Positions 21,401-30,420 are shown, counted from the first letter of the stretch. The stretch: DNA of 64,000 bases from Gammaproteobacteria bacterium (GCA_014238615.1 JABAAT010000024.1:104234-168233); one strand, 5' to 3'. Made by a program: numbers and translations. The notes: generated from the sequence alone by a model not told the origin.

Positions 21401-21915
21401 AACTTCGCCTGGGGGTAGCTTGCGGGCAACCTCGCCGATCTGAACACAACGGCCAGCACCGCCAGGCGCACGCTGCCCTTGCCGCCGACATCCGCCCCCA
21501 GCGTCCCGGCCGCCGCATGCAGGCCGCTGCCGCTACTGCCGAGGGTGGAGAGTTCCAGGAGCAGTTCTTTGATCTCCCCCGACACTCCGGCCAGGGAGCG
21601 GGCCTTCGCGCCGTCTTCCGGGAATTGATAGTCCTCCCACAGGAAGCGCAACACCTTGGCCAGGTGAGATTTACCGCTGCCGTAGGGGCCGCTGACCCAG
21701 ACCGCGGGCTGTTGCGGCTTGTCGCAGTGCTCAAGATAGGATTGCAGGATGCGGATCAGCCCCTCCTGGTATCCCCCGTCACAGACAAAACGCTCCAGCT
21801 CAAAGCGCAGAACCGCGCGGTTACCCGAGGTCATGGCATCGCTCAGCTCGGCGACCCCGTCGTTCAGAAGCTTGTTATCCCAAGGAGCTTTTTCGTAGAT
21901 TTCCTTGTTTTTCAT
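18460..21915 (-). CDS. BrxC/PglY-like BREX-type P-loop ATPase (about 1152 aa). It is an orphan with no other BREX components.
   Basis: The N-terminus MKNKEIYEKAPW mirrors the BrxC start. A Walker A motif (VWVSGPYGSGKSHLAKVLRFL) sits at the BrxC-typical position, with a Walker-B-like ILLDEVQ. The long alpha-helical C-terminal region includes PYGWPRD. The ATG at 21915 is preferred, though the ORF extends to 22026. Confidence 0.7.
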   Translation of the reverse strand: MKNKEIYEKAPWDNKLLNDGVAELSDAMTSGNRAVLRFELERFVCDGGYQEGLIRILQSYLEHCDKPQQPAVWVSGPYGSGKSHLAKVLRFLWEDYQFPEDGAKARSLAGVSGEIKELLLELSTLGSSGSGLHAAAGTLGADVGGKGSVRLAVLAVVFRSARLPASYPQAKFTLWLRRNKLYTPMVAALHEEKRNFEQELRDMYVSPYVSKTLLKINPNFAKDAKDVGVLLRAQYKDVDDINTDEFVATIREVLTERSAIPCTAILLDEVQPYLGEDSSRTQDFQEVVEACGKRFGGKLLLLGIGQSALQAASALQPLQGLFTVNVQLSDNDVEQVVRKVVLAKKENCISSLREILEWNSGEAHRQLSHTRLKTAAEDEEALIQDYPLLPVRRRFWVEILRSLHHTGGTDRLRTQLRIIYEAARATAEDPLGTVVPTDFLYGQIASNLLQSGQLPREVHDRITALGDGTPGGDLRAGICSLVFLIGRLPRGKEADLGVRATTESLTDLLVKDLERDRDKLRQELPEALEKLVQEGILVKLEGDEYALQTREGSEWEKEFRKRRKAFMEDQARLSVTRTEVLQEETKEYVESISLMQGEYKTPRKLTWHIGHEAPRGDSTAIPVWIRDGWNTGEKEVEQTARAAGTESPLLYAFIPREHSDDLSVAIAGEEAARETLADKGSPVSSEDEEVRRVLATRVRDAEQERKRLVQKLMREVRIFQGGGEEIQEASTIKKLIQGARNAQERLFHEFHHVDDKRWRQVLDLTQAGSDAPLGPLGYRGPVEQHPVCAMVLEQVGPGRKGGQIREHFAAPPYGWPRDVIDSVIMSLCDAGRLHASLDGKPLRADVMVQGKIHAAEFHGESPTIGAPQLTELRELFQEAGISCQPGEEADAADKYLNEVTALAERIGGDPPFPKPPDTSHLKDMQGRPGEGRLQAIHARRKQLQKEIQEWREQAELQQKRTRQYRQLLELLIHAKGLPIARELSQQLGSIRQNRNLLQSENPMDIMEQKLATELRNILIAAEQGYAAAYEQEKGRLQEATSWRKLEEEEQYKILVAAGLDQEIDKGPIGTTEELRQSLEQVSLETWSRNKAAFPQLFREAFLQAVRQTEPEAQQAELQGAALRTPEDVEQWTRKSKQRLLELIKKGPVIAP

Positions 21916-22514
21916 AAGCTCTATAACTCCGTTGCTTGAAGTGATAGGAACGGCGTGGTAGCCCCAGCCGTCCCGGGCACCCAACAGGCGATGGTTATTA
22001 TCTTCATATTCGCCGGGCGGCTTCAAAATCCCCCGTGGACAGCGTGGAGAACTCCATAACCCTGATCATATAGTAACCCGCCGGGTATTCCAGAATGTGG
22101 GCCGGCACCACGCGGGCCGGGCAACGGCCCAAGGCACCGGGAATGGAGGGGCTCCCCCCACGGCAGGCGTTTTGCGCCGCCACACGGCACTCGGCGGGAT
22201 ACCGGCCATTCCGGACCTTCCACGCACCCGGCAAGGGAAAATAACTCTTCTGAGCGGCGCCTGCGGCCTGGCTGCCCCTGCCTGGGCCAACTGCTTTCCC
22301 GCACCTCCTCCGAGGGACGCCGGGATCTCCGCCCGCCGCCAGGCCACGGCGGGAACACACCCGTGCCGTCTTACAACTGTTTACATTGACAGGGAAGCTG
22401 ATAGTTACTACTCTCACAATAATCCGTGCGTTGGCCAGGCTACCGGCCTGGAACGCTTTCCAAGCTTTTCAGGACTGCAGGCGCCGCACTCACAATCCAT
22501 AGGGAGGTGATGCC

Positions 22515-23510
22515 ATGGAATCATCTAATGACACGCAACCACGTAATATCGTGATCTGTTGTGACGGCACGGGAAACGAATATGGGGAAAACAACACAAA
22601 CGTTGTACTGCTGCACTCGCTGCTTGAAAAAGACTCCAGGCAGTTGGCTTTTTATGACCCGGGCGTGGGTACCGGGGGGTGGGAATATGAACATGGAAAG
22701 ATAACGAAAAAATGCGACCTGGCAACCGGCGGCGGTCTGCAGAAGAATGTGGAAGACGCCTATCGCTACCTGATGCATCCCTATCGGGAAGGGGACAAAG
22801 TCTATCTCTTCGGCTTCTCGCGCGGGGCTTTCACGGCCCGCTCCCTGGCGGGCATGTTGCATAAAGTGGGATTACTGACGCCTGGCAGGGAGAATATGGT
22901 GAAGTATGCCAGTAAGATGTATAACACCAAAAACAACAAGGAACTGTCTGCCGACTTCAAGAAGGACTTCTCGCGTTCCTGTCCGGTGTATTTCATCGGC
23001 GTCTGGGATACAGTGAGATCGCTGTATCTGAACGCCGGAAAGCGCTTCCATGATGACACCCTGAACCCCGATGTGAAGTACGGCTGTCATGCTTTAGCCA
23101 TTGACGAAAAGCGTAAAGACTTCCCTCCCTCCCTGTGGGATGAATCATCCAGGACCCCCGAACAAACCATTGAGCAAGTATGGTTTCCGGGGGTGCATTC
23201 GGATGTAGGCGGCTGGTACGATGCGCGCGGACTCTCCAACGGGGCACTGCACTGGATGGCGAAAAAGGCGAAACGCCGCGGGTTGCGGTTGTCCCTGGAT
23301 CTGAAGGAACTTAAGCGCGATTATTCCCCGGATGCGCATGACGAACTGCATGATTCTTATGAGGGAATTTATCGTTTACGTGGAACAAGCGTACGCAAAA
23401 TCCCGGAGGGGGCGAAACTGCACCGCAGTGTGGAGGAACGGATGTCCCGGGAGGAAAACGACTACCGGCCTAAGAACCTGCCGGAGAACCGCTCTTGGGT
23501 GAATGACTGA
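22515..23510 (+). CDS. DUF2235 (Tle1-like) alpha/beta-hydrolase, a putative lipase/esterase (331 aa).
   Basis: IVICCDGTGNE near the N-terminus and the GFSRGA nucleophile-elbow motif, plus HSDVGGWY, are hallmarks of the DUF2235 T6SS-phospholipase-like catalytic domain. It has the lowest GC in the window (about 50%). It is divergent from the BrxC-like gene. Confidence 0.7.
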   Translation: MESSNDTQPRNIVICCDGTGNEYGENNTNVVLLHSLLEKDSRQLAFYDPGVGTGGWEYEHGKITKKCDLATGGGLQKNVEDAYRYLMHPYREGDKVYLFGFSRGAFTARSLAGMLHKVGLLTPGRENMVKYASKMYNTKNNKELSADFKKDFSRSCPVYFIGVWDTVRSLYLNAGKRFHDDTLNPDVKYGCHALAIDEKRKDFPPSLWDESSRTPEQTIEQVWFPGVHSDVGGWYDARGLSNGALHWMAKKAKRRGLRLSLDLKELKRDYSPDAHDELHDSYEGIYRLRGTSVRKIPEGAKLHRSVEERMSREENDYRPKNLPENRSWVND

Positions 23511-26500
23511 CCGGGGGCTCCGGGCGGCGGGGTTGCGCTGTACGGTTCCTGGTTTTGTTGGGGACACCGCAGCCGCCGCCTCCCGGGGTGTCTATGATGA
23601 GGTGATCTCCGGGTTGCAGCTGGAGGCTCTGGCAGGGCTGCAGTTCCTCCACGTGGTTGCTTCCACTTCTTTTGAGGCGGTTGCGGCCCGGTTGACCGGG
23701 GGCACCTCCTTTTAGTCCCTGTGGTTGCCTTCTGCGGTTGGAGGTAATCAGGGATACGGTCACGGGCTGCTGGAAACTGAGCTCCCTGGTGAGGCCTTCT
23801 CCTCCCTTCCAGCGTCCCGCTCCCCCGGAGTTTTCCCTGGCCTGAAAGCGCTCCACCCGGATGGGGTACCTGGCTTCCAGTATCTCGGGGTCGGTGATGC
23901 GGGAATTGGTCATGTGGGTGTGCACCGGGCCGGCGCCCGGGAAGTCCAGTCCGGCGCCCGCTCCTCCCGCCAGGGTCTCGTAGTACTGGAATTCCTCGTT
24001 GCCGCAGCAGAGGTTGTTCATGGTGCCCTGGGAGTCGGCCAGGACGCCCAGCGCGGCAAAAATGCAGTTCACGACGGCCTGGCTGGTCTCCACGTTGCCG
24101 GCGGCGACGGCCGCAGGATACTCTGGGTGCAACAAGGAAGGCCTGGGGATGATCAGGGTCAGGGGTCTCAGGCAGCCCTGGTTCAGGGGGATGGGGTCGG
24201 ATACGAGGCAGCGCAGGGCGTAGAGTACGGCCGCCTCGGTGACAGCGCGCGGAGCATTGAAGTTGCCGGGGTGAATGGGGCTGGTGCCGGTGAAGTCAAA
24301 GCTTGCGGTGCCGTTTGCCGGGTCTGTTTCAATGCGCAGGTGGATCAGGGCGCCGTCGTCCAGGCGGCGCTCGGCCTGTCCCGAGCGGGCGGCGCGCAGG
24401 GCCTCCCTGACGCAGTGCGCGGCGTTGTCCCTCAGGTATTCCGTGTAGGCCAGCACGGTGTTTTCCCCGTGTTGCCGAAGCATGCGTCTCAACTCCTCCT
24501 GCCCGGCACGACAGGCCGCCCACTGGGCGCGCAGGTCGGCGAGGTTGTCCTGCGGGGTGCGGGCCGGGTGCGGGCCGGCCTGCAGCAGCCGAAGCAACTC
24601 CCGCTCGCGCGGGCGCTGCTCCTCTCCGCAGTAGAGGAAATCCCTGATCAGGACGCCCTCCTCTTCGATGTGCCTGGAGTCGGGCGGCATGGATCCCGGG
24701 ACCGCGCCGCCGATGTCGGCGTGGTGGCCGCGCGCGCCCAAAAAGAAGCACAGCGTGCCGTGCTCGTTAAAGAGCGGCTGGATCAGGGTCACATCCGGGA
24801 GATGCGTGCCGCCGGCGTAGGGGTCGTTCGAGACCCAGGCCTGGCCGGGGCGCAGTCTGCTCGCCTGGCGTTGCTTCAGAACGCGCACCGCAACACCCAT
24901 GCTGCCAAGGTGCACGGGGACATGCGGGGCATTCGCCACGAGTCGACCTTCGGCGTCAAACAGGGCACAGGAAAAATCCAGCCGCTCCTTGATGTTGACG
25001 CTGGTGGCGGTGCGCTGCAGCACCGCCCCCATCTGCTCCGCCACCGCCATGAAACGGTTGTTGAAAACCTCCAGGCGCGCCGGGTTCGGGCCCTTGCTCC
25101 TGGCACCCGCCTTGCGGCGGCGGCCTCGACTCCGCTCCAACAGCAGCATGCCATCGCTCTCGTTTCCCTCTTTCAACCGCGCGCGCCAGCCCGGCTCAAT
25201 CACCACCGTGGTGTGCGCTTCCAGGATCAGGCCCGGGCCGGAGCGCGGCGGCTTCCCGCGCAGCGCTTCGCGCGATGCTATCCAGCTCTCACGCCAGCGG
25301 CCGCCGGCCAGGAACCGGGTTTCAGAACGTGCCGCGGCGTCCGGCTCCTCCACGCTGCTTTGCGGCATGGCGCGCAGGGCGCCGGGGGGCGGCGCGGCGG
25401 CCTCAGCCTGCAGGAGCTCCAACACCAGGGGGCGGTCCGAATGCAGGTATCCGTAAGTCCGCCGATGGCGCTCTTCAAAGTCGGCCCGCATCGTCAAGGC
25501 CGTGGCGTAAGGCACCCGCAGCAGGGTATCGCTGCCTTGGTAGCGCAGGGCGGCGCGGTACTCCACGGTGCAGTGCGCCGCTTGTGCTCCCTGGGCGCGC
25601 AGTTCGCCGAGCGCCGCCTCACCCAGTTCCAGGTGCAGCTCTTCCCAGTGCGCCTCCGATGTTTGCTCCAATCGTTGTTCCACGCCGCGTTCACGCACCA
25701 CGCGCAGGCTGGCCAGTCCAGTACCCCAGGCGGACAACACCCCGGCCAGGGGCGGCAGCAGCACCTTGGACATGCCAAGGCGTTCGGCCACCCGGCAGGC
25801 GTGCTGCGCGCCGGCGCCGCCGAAGCAGAGCATGCTGTGCCCGGCGGGGTCGTCACCGTGCCGCGCGCAGAGCCGCTTGATGGCGCGCGCCATGTTGTCG
25901 GTGGCGATCTCCAGGAACATGTCAGCCAGGGTCTCGGCCCGGTATCCTCCACCCACCTGTTCGGCGAGTCGGGCGAGATGCTCGCGCGCGGCGTCGGCGG
26001 AGGGCGGCTGCGCGCCGTCCGCGCCGAACACGGCCGGGAAAGAGTCGGGCAGCAGTCTGCCGGTGCAGAAATTTGCATCGGTGACGGTCAGCGGGCCGCC
26101 GCGCCGGTAGCTGACCGGTCCCGGGTCGGAACCGGCGCTGTGCGGACCCACCTGCAGGCGCCCGCCGGCGTAACGCAGGATGGAGCCGCCGCCGGCCGCC
26201 ACCGAGTGGATCTCCAGCATCGGGGCGCGCAGTAGATAACCGGCGACGCGGCTTTCCATGGCGCGCTCCAGTTCACCGGCCCAGTGCCAAACGTCGGTGG
26301 AAGTGCCGCCCATGTCAAAGCCGATGAGCCGGGTGTGCCCGGCGCGGCGCCCACATTCGCTGCCGCCCACCACGCCCCCGGCCGGCCCGGAATAGACGCT
26401 GTCGCGCCCCCGGAAATGACCGGACGCGGCCAGACCGCCGTTTGACTGCATGAAAAACAGGCGCGGGCCGCCCTTCTGTTCCGCACCCAAAGCCTGCGCC

Positions 26501-27174
26501 AGGCCCCCGAGGCGGCGGCGCAGCACCGGCCCAAGGTAGGCATCCACCAGGGTCGTGGCGGCACGGCTTACCAGGCGCGGCAACGGCTCCGTCTCGCTGC
26601 TCAGCGAGACCTGTGGGAAACCCAGTTCCCGCGCCAGTTCGCCCAGGCGCTGCTCATGCGCGGGATAACGGTGTCCATGCAGCAACACCACGGCCAGGGC
26701 CTCCACCCCCTGCTCCCGCGCCGCCGCCAAGTGCGCACGCGCCAGCTGCTCGTCCAAGGGGCGCAACACCAGGCCCTTGGCCGAGACCCGCTCCTCCACC
26801 TCGATAACCTGCTCATACAGCGCCTCGGGCAAACGAATGCAAAGATTGAAGAGCTCCGGACGATCCTGGTAGCCGATACGCAGCACATCCCCGAAGCCGC
26901 GCGTGGTGAGTAACGCGGTGCGGGCGCCGCGCCGCTGCAGGAGCGCGTTGGTGCCCAGTGTGGTACCCAGGTGCAGCGCAGCAATCACCCCCGGCGCCGG
27001 CACCGCGCCGGCTGGCAGACCCAGCAAGCGCCGCACGCCTTCCAGCACCGCGTCCGGATAGCGATCCGGCGCCTCGGAGAGCAGCTTGAGCACATGCGTG
27101 CGTCCATCCGGAGAGACCGCCACCACGTCGCTGAAGGTGCCGCCCCGATCGATCCAGAAATGCCAACCGTTCAT
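23470..27174 (-). CDS. oplAH: Fused 5-oxoprolinase / N-methylhydantoinase A+B (HyuA-HyuB fusion, OplAH-like).
   Basis: The N-terminus [15 protein letters not shown] is the hydantoinase A start, and the C-terminal half carries hydantoinase B motifs. It totals about 1235 aa. The ATG at 27174 is preferred over the GTG at 27195. Confidence 0.85.
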   Translation of the reverse strand: MNGWHFWIDRGGTFSDVVAVSPDGRTHVLKLLSEAPDRYPDAVLEGVRRLLGLPAGAVPAPGVIAALHLGTTLGTNALLQRRGARTALLTTRGFGDVLRIGYQDRPELFNLCIRLPEALYEQVIEVEERVSAKGLVLRPLDEQLARAHLAAAREQGVEALAVVLLHGHRYPAHEQRLGELARELGFPQVSLSSETEPLPRLVSRAATTLVDAYLGPVLRRRLGGLAQALGAEQKGGPRLFFMQSNGGLAASGHFRGRDSVYSGPAGGVVGGSECGRRAGHTRLIGFDMGGTSTDVWHWAGELERAMESRVAGYLLRAPMLEIHSVAAGGGSILRYAGGRLQVGPHSAGSDPGPVSYRRGGPLTVTDANFCTGRLLPDSFPAVFGADGAQPPSADAAREHLARLAEQVGGGYRAETLADMFLEIATDNMARAIKRLCARHGDDPAGHSMLCFGGAGAQHACRVAERLGMSKVLLPPLAGVLSAWGTGLASLRVVRERGVEQRLEQTSEAHWEELHLELGEAALGELRAQGAQAAHCTVEYRAALRYQGSDTLLRVPYATALTMRADFEERHRRTYGYLHSDRPLVLELLQAEAAAPPPGALRAMPQSSVEEPDAAARSETRFLAGGRWRESWIASREALRGKPPRSGPGLILEAHTTVVIEPGWRARLKEGNESDGMLLLERSRGRRRKAGARSKGPNPARLEVFNNRFMAVAEQMGAVLQRTATSVNIKERLDFSCALFDAEGRLVANAPHVPVHLGSMGVAVRVLKQRQASRLRPGQAWVSNDPYAGGTHLPDVTLIQPLFNEHGTLCFFLGARGHHADIGGAVPGSMPPDSRHIEEEGVLIRDFLYCGEEQRPRERELLRLLQAGPHPARTPQDNLADLRAQWAACRAGQEELRRMLRQHGENTVLAYTEYLRDNAAHCVREALRAARSGQAERRLDDGALIHLRIETDPANGTASFDFTGTSPIHPGNFNAPRAVTEAAVLYALRCLVSDPIPLNQGCLRPLTLIIPRPSLLHPEYPAAVAAGNVETSQAVVNCIFAALGVLADSQGTMNNLCCGNEEFQYYETLAGGAGAGLDFPGAGPVHTHMTNSRITDPEILEARYPIRVERFQARENSGGAGRWKGGEGLTRELSFQQPVTVSLITSNRRRQPQGLKGGAPGQPGRNRLKRSGSNHVEELQPCQSLQLQPGDHLIIDTPGGGGCGVPNKTRNRTAQPRRPEPPVSHSPKSGSPAGS

Positions 27175-27638
27175 GCCGCGGGACTTCCGGGGCACCGCCC
27201 CCCGCGGGCGACAACGCGAGGCGGGAATTTTGCAGCGGGGCGACCGGCGCCGTGTTCATCACGCATGCACAGATTATATGCCTCACCCGGGCGCGCTTCA
27301 CCCGGCGCCCCCCATCAGCGCGCACGATCGGCGCGCGTGACACGCACGGCACCGCACAAGCAACACGGCGGCCGGGTCGCGAAAAAATACGCAACTTTGC
27401 GCTATGATCGAATGCATCATACCGGCTTGCATAAGGCCGCAGCCTTACCTCAAGCTGTGTCGACATGCTGGAAGAACCTGGTGCACGAAGGAAGCCGGAA
27501 GCTTCGATCCACGGCGCCACCTCATGCACTCGCGGCGCGCTGCGGCCGCCCGCGCAGGGAAGCACTCTCACCCGACATCACGGGAAGTCCGCCTGCCGCC
27601 CCCTCCCGGCTGGAATCCCCACGAATGAAACACCATTA

Positions 27639-28307
27639 ATGGAAATGATTGCACTTGAACCGCCCGACCCGGCGCGCGGCACGGTGCTGCTGTTGCACGG
27701 ACTGGGGGCTTCCGGAGGGGATCTACTCCCCCTGGCCGAGGAGTTGCAACAGCAACACACCCGGGAACTGCGTTTCTTATTGCCGGAAGCGCCGTCCCGC
27801 GCCGTCAGTCTGAACGGCGGTCTGACGATGCCGGCCTGGTTCGATATCTTCGGCCTCGGCCTGGAGAGCCGGGAAGACAATGTCGGGATCCGGGAGGCCG
27901 CGCGGCGCCTGCACGGCCTGCTGGAAGCCGAGGAAAAGCGCGGGACGCCGGCCGCGCGCATCGTACTGGCGGGCTTCTCCCAGGGCGGCGCGCTGGCTCT
28001 CTACACCGGGTTGCGCACGGCTTCTTCGCTGGCCGGCATCGCCGTACTCTCCGGGTACCTGCCGCTGGCCGCCGACCTGCCCGGGGAATTGACCGACGCG
28101 GGCAGGAAAAGCCCCATCCTCATGCAACATGGAATCTTTGACGAGGTGGTGGCGCCGATCCTGGCGGAGCGTTCCCGCGATCTGCTGAAGCAGGCGGGCT
28201 GCCCGCCCCTATGGCAAAGCTACGAGATGCCGCACGCCATCTGCCCCGAACAGGTGGATGCGCTGGGCACCTGGCTGCGCGAGCGTTACACCGCGCCGGA
28301 TGGGTGA
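27639..28307 (+). CDS. Phospholipase/carboxylesterase-family alpha/beta hydrolase (222 aa).
   Basis: GTVLLLHGLGASGGD and GFSQGGALAL (GxSxG), with a C-terminal His, fit PF02230-like esterases. The ATG at 27639 is preferred; the tracked ORF carries an unrelated N-terminal extension. Confidence 0.75.
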   Translation: MEMIALEPPDPARGTVLLLHGLGASGGDLLPLAEELQQQHTRELRFLLPEAPSRAVSLNGGLTMPAWFDIFGLGLESREDNVGIREAARRLHGLLEAEEKRGTPAARIVLAGFSQGGALALYTGLRTASSLAGIAVLSGYLPLAADLPGELTDAGRKSPILMQHGIFDEVVAPILAERSRDLLKQAGCPPLWQSYEMPHAICPEQVDALGTWLRERYTAPDG

Positions 28308-28400
28308 GTCCCTGTCCAGGAAACGCGCGTGCCGAACATTGAATTGAGAATTGAGCAGGGCTGGAAGCCCTCCCGGAAAGCGCTCGGCCCCCAGGCGACC

Positions 28401-29732
28401 TCAGCGGGCGCGGCGCCGAGGTCCACGGTTACCCGGCCGCCGGGACGAGGGTCTGTGAGGGCGGGAGCGGCGGCGGAACGGCGGTGGTGTGATCATCAGC
28501 TCCGGGTCCGTGCTCTCCACCGGAATCTTGTAATCGATCAGACTCTCGATCTCTGGCAGCGAATAGACAAACTCCTCACAGGCCAGGCTCACGGCCGCGC
28601 CCCGTGCCCCGGCGCGGGCGGTGCGGCCAATGCGGTGTATATACTGCTCGGCGCTCAGCGGCAGGTCGTAGTTGAAGACATGGCTGATGCCGGGGATATG
28701 CAAACCGCGCGCGGCCACATCGGTGCTGACAAGAATCTTCAGGGACCCCCCCATAAAGTCCTCCAGCAGCCGCAGTCGGCGGCGCTGGGGCACATCGCCC
28801 GAGAGCACTCCGGCGCTGAAGCCGGCGTCCTCCAGCATATTGCCGATGCGCTCCGCCCCGTGGCGGGTATTGACAAAAGCGAGGCTGCGTTCGGGCTGCA
28901 GTTTGCGCAGCAGGCCGATCAGCAGGGCCGGTTTTTCTTCATTCGATACGTGGTACAGGGATTGGTGCACCTCCTCCACCGTGATCTGCCCGGGGTTCAC
29001 GCGCAGCAACTCCGGGTCATTCATGTGTTCGTATGCCAGTTCCACGGCCTTCCAGGGCAGGGTGGCCGAAAACAACATTCCCAAACGCTGCTCAGGCGGC
29101 GACATGCGCCGCAACAGGTAACGCACGTCTCGAATGAAGCCCAGGTCAAACATGCGGTCGGCTTCATCCAGCACCAGGGCCTCCGCCCGCGTCAAGCGAT
29201 ACAGGTTGCGGCGATGAAAATCAATCAGTCGGCCGGGGGTGCCGATCAATACGTCCAGATCGGCCGTGAACTGCTGTTGTTGTCGTTCGTAATCCATGCC
29301 GCCGTATACCAGGCCAAGGTTCAGCCCCGTATGGCGGCCCAGGGCCACCGCGTCGTTTTTGATCTGCACCGCCAGTTCCCGGGTCGGCGCGATGATCAGG
29401 GCGCGCGGCAGGCATTGTCCGGAGCGCCGTGACACCTCGGTCTGCAACAGGCGCTGCATCAGTGCGAGCAGGTAAGCCGCTGTTTTACCGGTGCCGGTCT
29501 GGGCCTGGCCGGCCACATCCCGGCCCTGCATGGCAATCGGCAAAGTCAGGGCTTGAATTGGTGTACAATGCGAGAATCCCAGATCCCGTAGCGCGCGCTG
29601 CAACGCAGCATGCAACTCCAAGGTATGGAAAGCCGGAGTGTCCGGAGGGGAATTGGACGGGGGAGGATTGGACGCGCTTTCTGGATCGGTTATACTTCCC
29701 CCTTCAGTTGGCTCCCGCCTCAAGTTATTCAA
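28401..29732 (-). CDS. rhlB: DEAD-box ATP-dependent RNA helicase RhlB.
   Basis: It carries the Q-motif, AQTGTGKT, DEAD (VLDEAD), SAT and HRIGRTARAG, plus an Arg-rich C-terminal tail. Its divergent arrangement with trxA-rho matches E. coli synteny. Confidence 0.9.
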   Translation of the reverse strand: MNNLRREPTEGGSITDPESASNPPPSNSPPDTPAFHTLELHAALQRALRDLGFSHCTPIQALTLPIAMQGRDVAGQAQTGTGKTAAYLLALMQRLLQTEVSRRSGQCLPRALIIAPTRELAVQIKNDAVALGRHTGLNLGLVYGGMDYERQQQQFTADLDVLIGTPGRLIDFHRRNLYRLTRAEALVLDEADRMFDLGFIRDVRYLLRRMSPPEQRLGMLFSATLPWKAVELAYEHMNDPELLRVNPGQITVEEVHQSLYHVSNEEKPALLIGLLRKLQPERSLAFVNTRHGAERIGNMLEDAGFSAGVLSGDVPQRRRLRLLEDFMGGSLKILVSTDVAARGLHIPGISHVFNYDLPLSAEQYIHRIGRTARAGARGAAVSLACEEFVYSLPEIESLIDYKIPVESTDPELMITPPPFRRRSRPHRPSSRRPGNRGPRRRAR

Positions 29733-29774
29733 AGAATTCTCTACCTCATGTATTTCTTAAATGTTAATTGACTA

Positions 29775-30104
29775 TTGATGAGCAGCACTATCCTTCACGT
29801 CAGCACCCAGGACTTTCAAGAGAAAGTTCTGAGCGCCGGCCAACCGGTACTGGTGGATTTCTGGGCTGACTGGTGCCAGCCCTGCAAAGCGCTGGCTCCC
29901 CTGCTGGAAGAGGTTGCAGGCGAGTACGCCGGACGCTTGACCATCGCCAAACTGGACGTAGATAACAACCACGAGATTACCACAAAATATGGTGTCCGTG
30001 GGTTCCCGACCCTGTTGCTTTTCAAAGACGGCGACATTATCGCATCCCATGTCGGTTTATTGAGTAAATCGGCCCTGAACGCATTCATCGACAGCAACGT
30101 GTAA
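29775..30104 (+). CDS. trxA: Thioredoxin 1 with a non-canonical CQPC active site.
   Basis: It is orthologous to TrxA throughout (VLVDFWADWC-PCK...GFPTLLLFKDG). The codon at the Gly position is CAG, giving WCQPCK instead of WCGPCK. Confidence 0.9.
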   Translation: MMSSTILHVSTQDFQEKVLSAGQPVLVDFWADWCQPCKALAPLLEEVAGEYAGRLTIAKLDVDNNHEITTKYGVRGFPTLLLFKDGDIIASHVGLLSKSALNAFIDSNV

Positions 30105-30106
30105 CG

Positions 30107-30160
30107 GGGTGCCTTAGGCGCCCCCTCCATCGGCCGGGGAGCTTTTTGTAGACATCCCAG
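30107..30160 (+). terminator. Possible trxA terminator preceding the rho leader.
   Basis: An imperfect GC-rich hairpin (ggggtgcc..ggcgcccc / ggccggggag) is followed by CTTTTTGT. This is a weak call. Confidence 0.3.
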
Positions 30161-30420
30161 CCCTCCCTATCGCTTCAGGCAAGTCTTTCACCCGCCCGGC
30201 GCTTTCTCCGGACACCCCCGGCAGCACAGCCGTTCCTCTCTGGTTTCTGGCATGTTTCTGACATGAAACCCTGAGAAACCCATTCAGGAGTCCCCTCCCA
30301 AACTGCATCATGCGCACACGTACCTCCTCAGGCCACCGCCCACACCCGGGCAGGCCAAGTCAATATACCCGCCCCACTGAGCCTGCCCCACACCACTCGT
30401 CCCAACCCGATGGCGAGCAG

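Larger units (their letters stand above)
18270..23510. other. Low-GC genomic islet inserted between accC and oplAH. It carries a BrxC-like ATPase and a DUF2235 hydrolase.
   Basis: There is an abrupt drop from roughly 66-68% GC to about 50-58% GC with a change in codon usage. It has flanking non-coding gaps of 190 nt and 490 nt. No other BREX genes and no integrase are visible. Confidence 0.6.

Noticed and set aside
22004-22510. Two 137-aa ORFs in the islet spacer.
   Set aside because: Both are Gly/Arg/Ala-rich translations of the GC-rich core with no RBS or family resemblance. They are probably non-coding.
23725-26235. 836-aa plus-strand ORF inside the oxoprolinase gene. Similar long antisense ORFs occur at 19342-20814, 35054-36601, 7515-8786 and 39480-40472.
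   Set aside because: These are shadow ORFs, typical of high-GC DNA. They are Arg/Ala/Gly-rich low-complexity translations with no family resemblance, and each sits opposite a well-supported gene.
30310-30420. ATG-initiated 37-aa extension of Rho.
   Set aside because: The residues are non-homologous. Rho alignment begins at the GTG at 30421, and the region has rut-like leader composition.
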